Positions 9,069 through 12,205 of a stretch of DNA of 12,205 nucleotides are shown in pieces; the stretch's first letter is position 1; each line of letters starts with the position of its first letter. The notes beneath the pieces were generated by a model. The model made no database searches and was not told the origin of the DNA. It worked only from the letters and a program-made list of their open reading frames with translations. Source of the stretch: Octopus sinensis (lineage: Eukaryota); the NCBI RefSeq assembly GCF_006345805.1, contig NW_021826657.1:1-12205 (forward strand). Direction: 5' to 3'. The translations under genes were made by a program, and so were the position numbers.

Positions 9069-9296
9069 ATTTCTTTACTGCCCAAAAAGGGCTAAACACA
9101 GAGGGGACAAACAAGGACAGACAAAGGGATTAAGTCGATTACATCGACCCCAGTGCGTATCTGGTACTTTATATATCGAAATCTGAAAGGATGAAAGGCA
9201 AAGTCGACCTCGGCGGAATTTGAACTCAGAACGTAACGGCGGACGAAATACGGCTACGCATTTCGCCCGGCGTGCTAACGTTTCTGCCAGCTCACC
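9069..9296 (-). mobile_element. tRNA-derived SINE, family 1 head and body with alternative 3' tail, 15-bp TSD
   Basis: Head GGTGAGCTGGCAGAAACGTTAGCACGCCGGGCG, B box GAGTTCAAATTCC, central GCCTTTCATCCTTTC. Perfect direct repeat GATTTGGGTATATAT at 9054-9068 and 9297-9311. Confidence 0.93.
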
Positions 9297-9315
9297 GATT
9301 TGGGTATATATGAAA

Positions 9316-9604
9316 CTAGCAGCTAAGCCCGGTTTCTCCCGGTCTGTTTGGATGATGTGGCTGTGATTGTTTTTTGGTTAGGCATAATCTATAACAGTGT
9401 TTCTCAACCTTATCATTTCGGGTCCCCTGAATCGATTTTCTCGATAACTATGGGGGCTATGAAAAAAGTACAAACCGCATTCCAATCTAGGCACCCGTCT
9501 TCACATGTGTGCCATTTTTCACACGAATCCATCCAGCCGTTTGGCTGTGAACCTCAAGACAAGAAAGAATACAACGATCGACCATGACCAATTTATATTA
9601 TAGA
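9316..9604 (-). mobile_element. Complete non-autonomous Helitron (289 bp)
   Basis: Minus strand begins A|TCTATAATATAAA (9604) and ends CCGGGAGAAACCGGGCTTAGCTGCTAG|T (9316): 5' TC, subterminal hairpin, 3' CTAG, A^T target, no TSD. Confidence 0.9.
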
Positions 9605-9822
9605 TTATAAGTAAACTTAAATGTCACTCTCTATGAATTCAGGTATATCCGAATGTATATGTTACTGTGTATACTTATATACACATATGAACAAACATGA
9701 CAGAAGTAAATAGACACCCCATAAAACATTGTTTTACTCTTATTTTAACTGGAAAAGGTTTATATTTTTTTATTATTTGGCATTTTTATGTTTCAGTTTC
9801 TATATGTGACTTAAATCACGCC

Positions 9823-10127
9823 ATGTACAAAAGAACCCTTGGAGCCCTCCGAATTTCAAAGAGGCTGTATTGTGGGTCAATCGCAGAAAACCTTGGGATC
9901 CCGCTTTCTTTTACTCTTTTACTTGTTTCAGTCATTTGACTGCAGCCATGCTGGAGCACCGTCTTTAGTCGAGCAAATCGACCCCAGGACTTATACTGTG
10001 GATACCTAGTACTTATTCTATTGGTCTCTTTTGCCGAAGCGCTAAGTTACGGGGACGTAAACACACCACCATCGGTTGTCAAGCGATGTTGGGGGGGGGG
10101 GAACACAGACACACAAACATATAAACC

Positions 10128-10159
<32 letters not shown>

Positions 10160-11206
10160 CGTATATACGACAGGCTTTTTTCAGTTTCCGTCTACCAAAT
10201 CCACTCACAAGGCTTTGGTCGGTCCGTAGCTATAGTAGAATACACTTGCCCAAGGCGCCACGCAGTGGGACTGAACCCGGAACTCAATGGTTGGTAAGCA
10301 AGCTACTTACCACACAGTTACTCCTGCGCCCACAAACTGTTAATAGAGTTATTGTTGTAACTGACCAGAGAGGGGAAGGAGTCCAGATCACCTCACCCAG
10401 GTTGACCAGGGCCCTCTGACAGGACCCTTTTCTTTCCTCGTTGTAAGGTCTCTGACATAGCTGTTGATGTCAGTCCCAGAACAGCTGTCGGGTATCTCCG
10501 CAAATTTAGTTACTAGGGCAGAGCAGCAAAAAGCAAGACACTTCTTCGACCAGCTAATATCAAACGGAGAAAAGATTGGGCTAGTGAAATGGTACAAGGA
10601 CCACTAGCATTTTGATACATTGTCATATTTTCTGATGAGTCCAAATTGACTGTCTTTTCTGACCGTGGTCGAGTGTGGGTCTGGAGATCTGTGGTCAAGA
10701 ATTTGCCGTGAAAAGACTGCAGCCAACAATGAAACACAGCGGCTATTCTGTGATGGTCTGAAGAACAATTTGGAGCAAAAGTCGATCAGAGTTGGTGGAA
10801 TCTGAGGGAAACATAAACTTAGATAAGCATGAGTCCATATTACAGAAAGGACACCTTACAATGTTTCCCAGTGAGGAAATGATTAAAGAAGACTCTTTAT
10901 TTATGGAAGATGTACTCCTTTGTCACATGGCTAAAATGACCCAAGATTGGTTAGAAGAGAATGGCATTAAAAAGCTTCCATGGCCAAGCCAGTCACCAGT
11001 TATGAACCCTATTGAACACTTCCGGGCATAAGGGTCAGGACACTTCGTAAAAAGAACAAGAAGGCACCTTAAAATCTAGATTCTTTGAAGTACCTGCATG
11101 AAACTTGGCAAGAAATTCCTTAAAGAATGTTCGTCATCTGATCAGTAACGTGCCTAATAGGGTCTTTGCTTTGAAAAATGCAAAGAGCATGTCTACTAAA
11201 TATTAG
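9823..11206 (+). pseudogene. Tc1-like DD34E transposase pseudogene
   Basis: Putative ATG at 9823; HTH SIAENLGIP // TVNRVI; VSPRTAVGYLRK...KRRKDWA; VIFSDESK (D1); QPTMKHSGYSVMV*; LFMED (D2) followed by exactly 34 residues to E in WPSQSPVMNPIEH; C-terminus VPNRVFALKNAKSMSTKY* (TAG 11204-11206). Several stops and frameshifts. Confidence 0.92.
9905..10330 (-). mobile_element. Full-length tRNA-derived CORE-like SINE with internal (TA)n/(TG)n, nested in the Tc1 element
   Basis: Minus: GGCGCAGGAGTAACTGTGTGGTAAGTAGCTTGCTTACCAACC; B-box-like GGTTCAGTCCC; CORE-like GGCGCCTTGGGCAAGTGTATTCTAC; internal microsatellite at ~10105-10170; tail CAGTCAAATGACTGAAACAAGTAAAAGAG. Confidence 0.92.
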
Positions 11207-11301
11207 ATGTTCACATTATAATAATTAATAAATAATTTGAATATGAAATTTCAGATTTAAATATATTTTAAGTTATAAGGGTATCTATTTACTTCTGTCA
11301 T

Positions 11302-11590
<289 letters not shown>

Positions 11591-11741
11591 ATGTCAGGTC
11601 ACTTGTATGGTCGGGTCCTCGGCGACTAAACCGGCAACCCCACCAAGCTTGCTTGGTGAGGAGGGTGTTTATTGGACACCCTGCGGGATGAAAAACAAAA
11701 CCCGTCAAAGGGCGGAGGAACTCTTGAGAGTCAACGGCCAT
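11591..11741 (+). ncRNA. Candidate degenerate HDV-like self-cleaving ribozyme
   Basis: P2 ATGGTCG (11607-13)/CGGCCAT (11735-41); L3-like TCCTCGG (11616-22); GG-CAAC (11633-38); branched P4; J4/2-like CAA (11732-34). P1 5' strand and P3 do not pair well in this copy. Confidence 0.4.
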
Positions 11742-12100
11742 CTAATAAATGTCTTAAGGCTGTATCATGCGCGGGGACATAGAAATAATCGGACTGAATA
11801 CCCGATCGCGCGATTAAGCCATTGGGAGTGAAGGACTCCTAGCCTTTGTTAGGGCATCCGTCTAGGAGAAGGTAACTCGGGTAACTGGGATAACTCCGAC
11901 ATAAAACCTTCAGCTCAGTGGTTACCGATGATGTTGACATGTTCTTCTTTTCGGATTATGGCTGCTGTTGCTTAGTGAGTGAGATTGACTCAGTGCACAG
12001 CCTTTCCTCACTTTAAAAAAATCTTCTTGCACAGGCACAATAACAACTTTGATTAAGCTTTGTGCAATGGCCATACTCAATAACAAGGGGCCAGCCACCA
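11591..12100 (+). mobile_element. Hairpin-rich ~510-bp non-coding element, probable non-autonomous (RTE-related) retroelement in (TA)n
   Basis: Sharp GC-richer island between (TA)n runs with many short inverted repeats. GGGCATCCGTCTAGGAGAAGGTAACTC (~11852-11878) resembles a motif recalled from RTE 5' UTR-derived repeats. No tRNA A/B boxes and no credible ORF. Confidence 0.6.
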
Positions 12101-12141
12101 TATATATATATATATATATGTACATATAGATAGATAGATAA

Positions 12142-12205
<64 letters not shown>
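12101..12205. repeat. (TA)n-(TAGA)n microsatellite
   Basis: Directly visible. Confidence 0.97.

Larger units (their letters stand above)
9697..11301 (+). mobile_element. Decayed Tc1-family DNA transposon interrupted by a SINE
   Basis: Inverted repeats ATGACAGAAGTAAATAGACACCC (9697-9719) and GGGTATCTATTTACTTCTGTCAT (11279-11301), 22/23 match, enclosing a transposase remnant. Outermost terminal bases and TA duplication are not recognisable. Confidence 0.9.

Noticed and set aside
10792-11031. 79-aa ORF as a functional transposase
   Set aside because: It is only a fragment between stops and frameshifts of the Tc1 pseudogene, and its conserved motifs are eroded (FMEDVLLCH, SPVMNPIE).

Overview
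AT-rich, repeat-saturated eukaryotic non-coding DNA, probably intronic or intergenic. The SINE families and microsatellite load point to an octopus/coleoid cephalopod genome (inference from recalled repeat sequences, no search run). No intact host gene is supported, and nearly all listed ORFs are microsatellite translations. The window is a mosaic of: a HERO-like RLE-LINE 3' remnant; three 5'-truncated R4/Dong-like RLE-LINE remnants on the minus strand, two of them embedded in (TAA)n arrays; at least eight tRNA-derived SINE copies or fragments, two with clear TSDs and two forming a close inverted pair; two non-autonomous Helitrons with matching 3' ends; and a decayed Tc1 (DD34E) transposon with 23-bp inverted ends whose HTH is split by a SINE. 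A hairpin-dense ~510-bp element near the end opens with a partly degenerate HDV-like ribozyme signature, the most intriguing candidate here.
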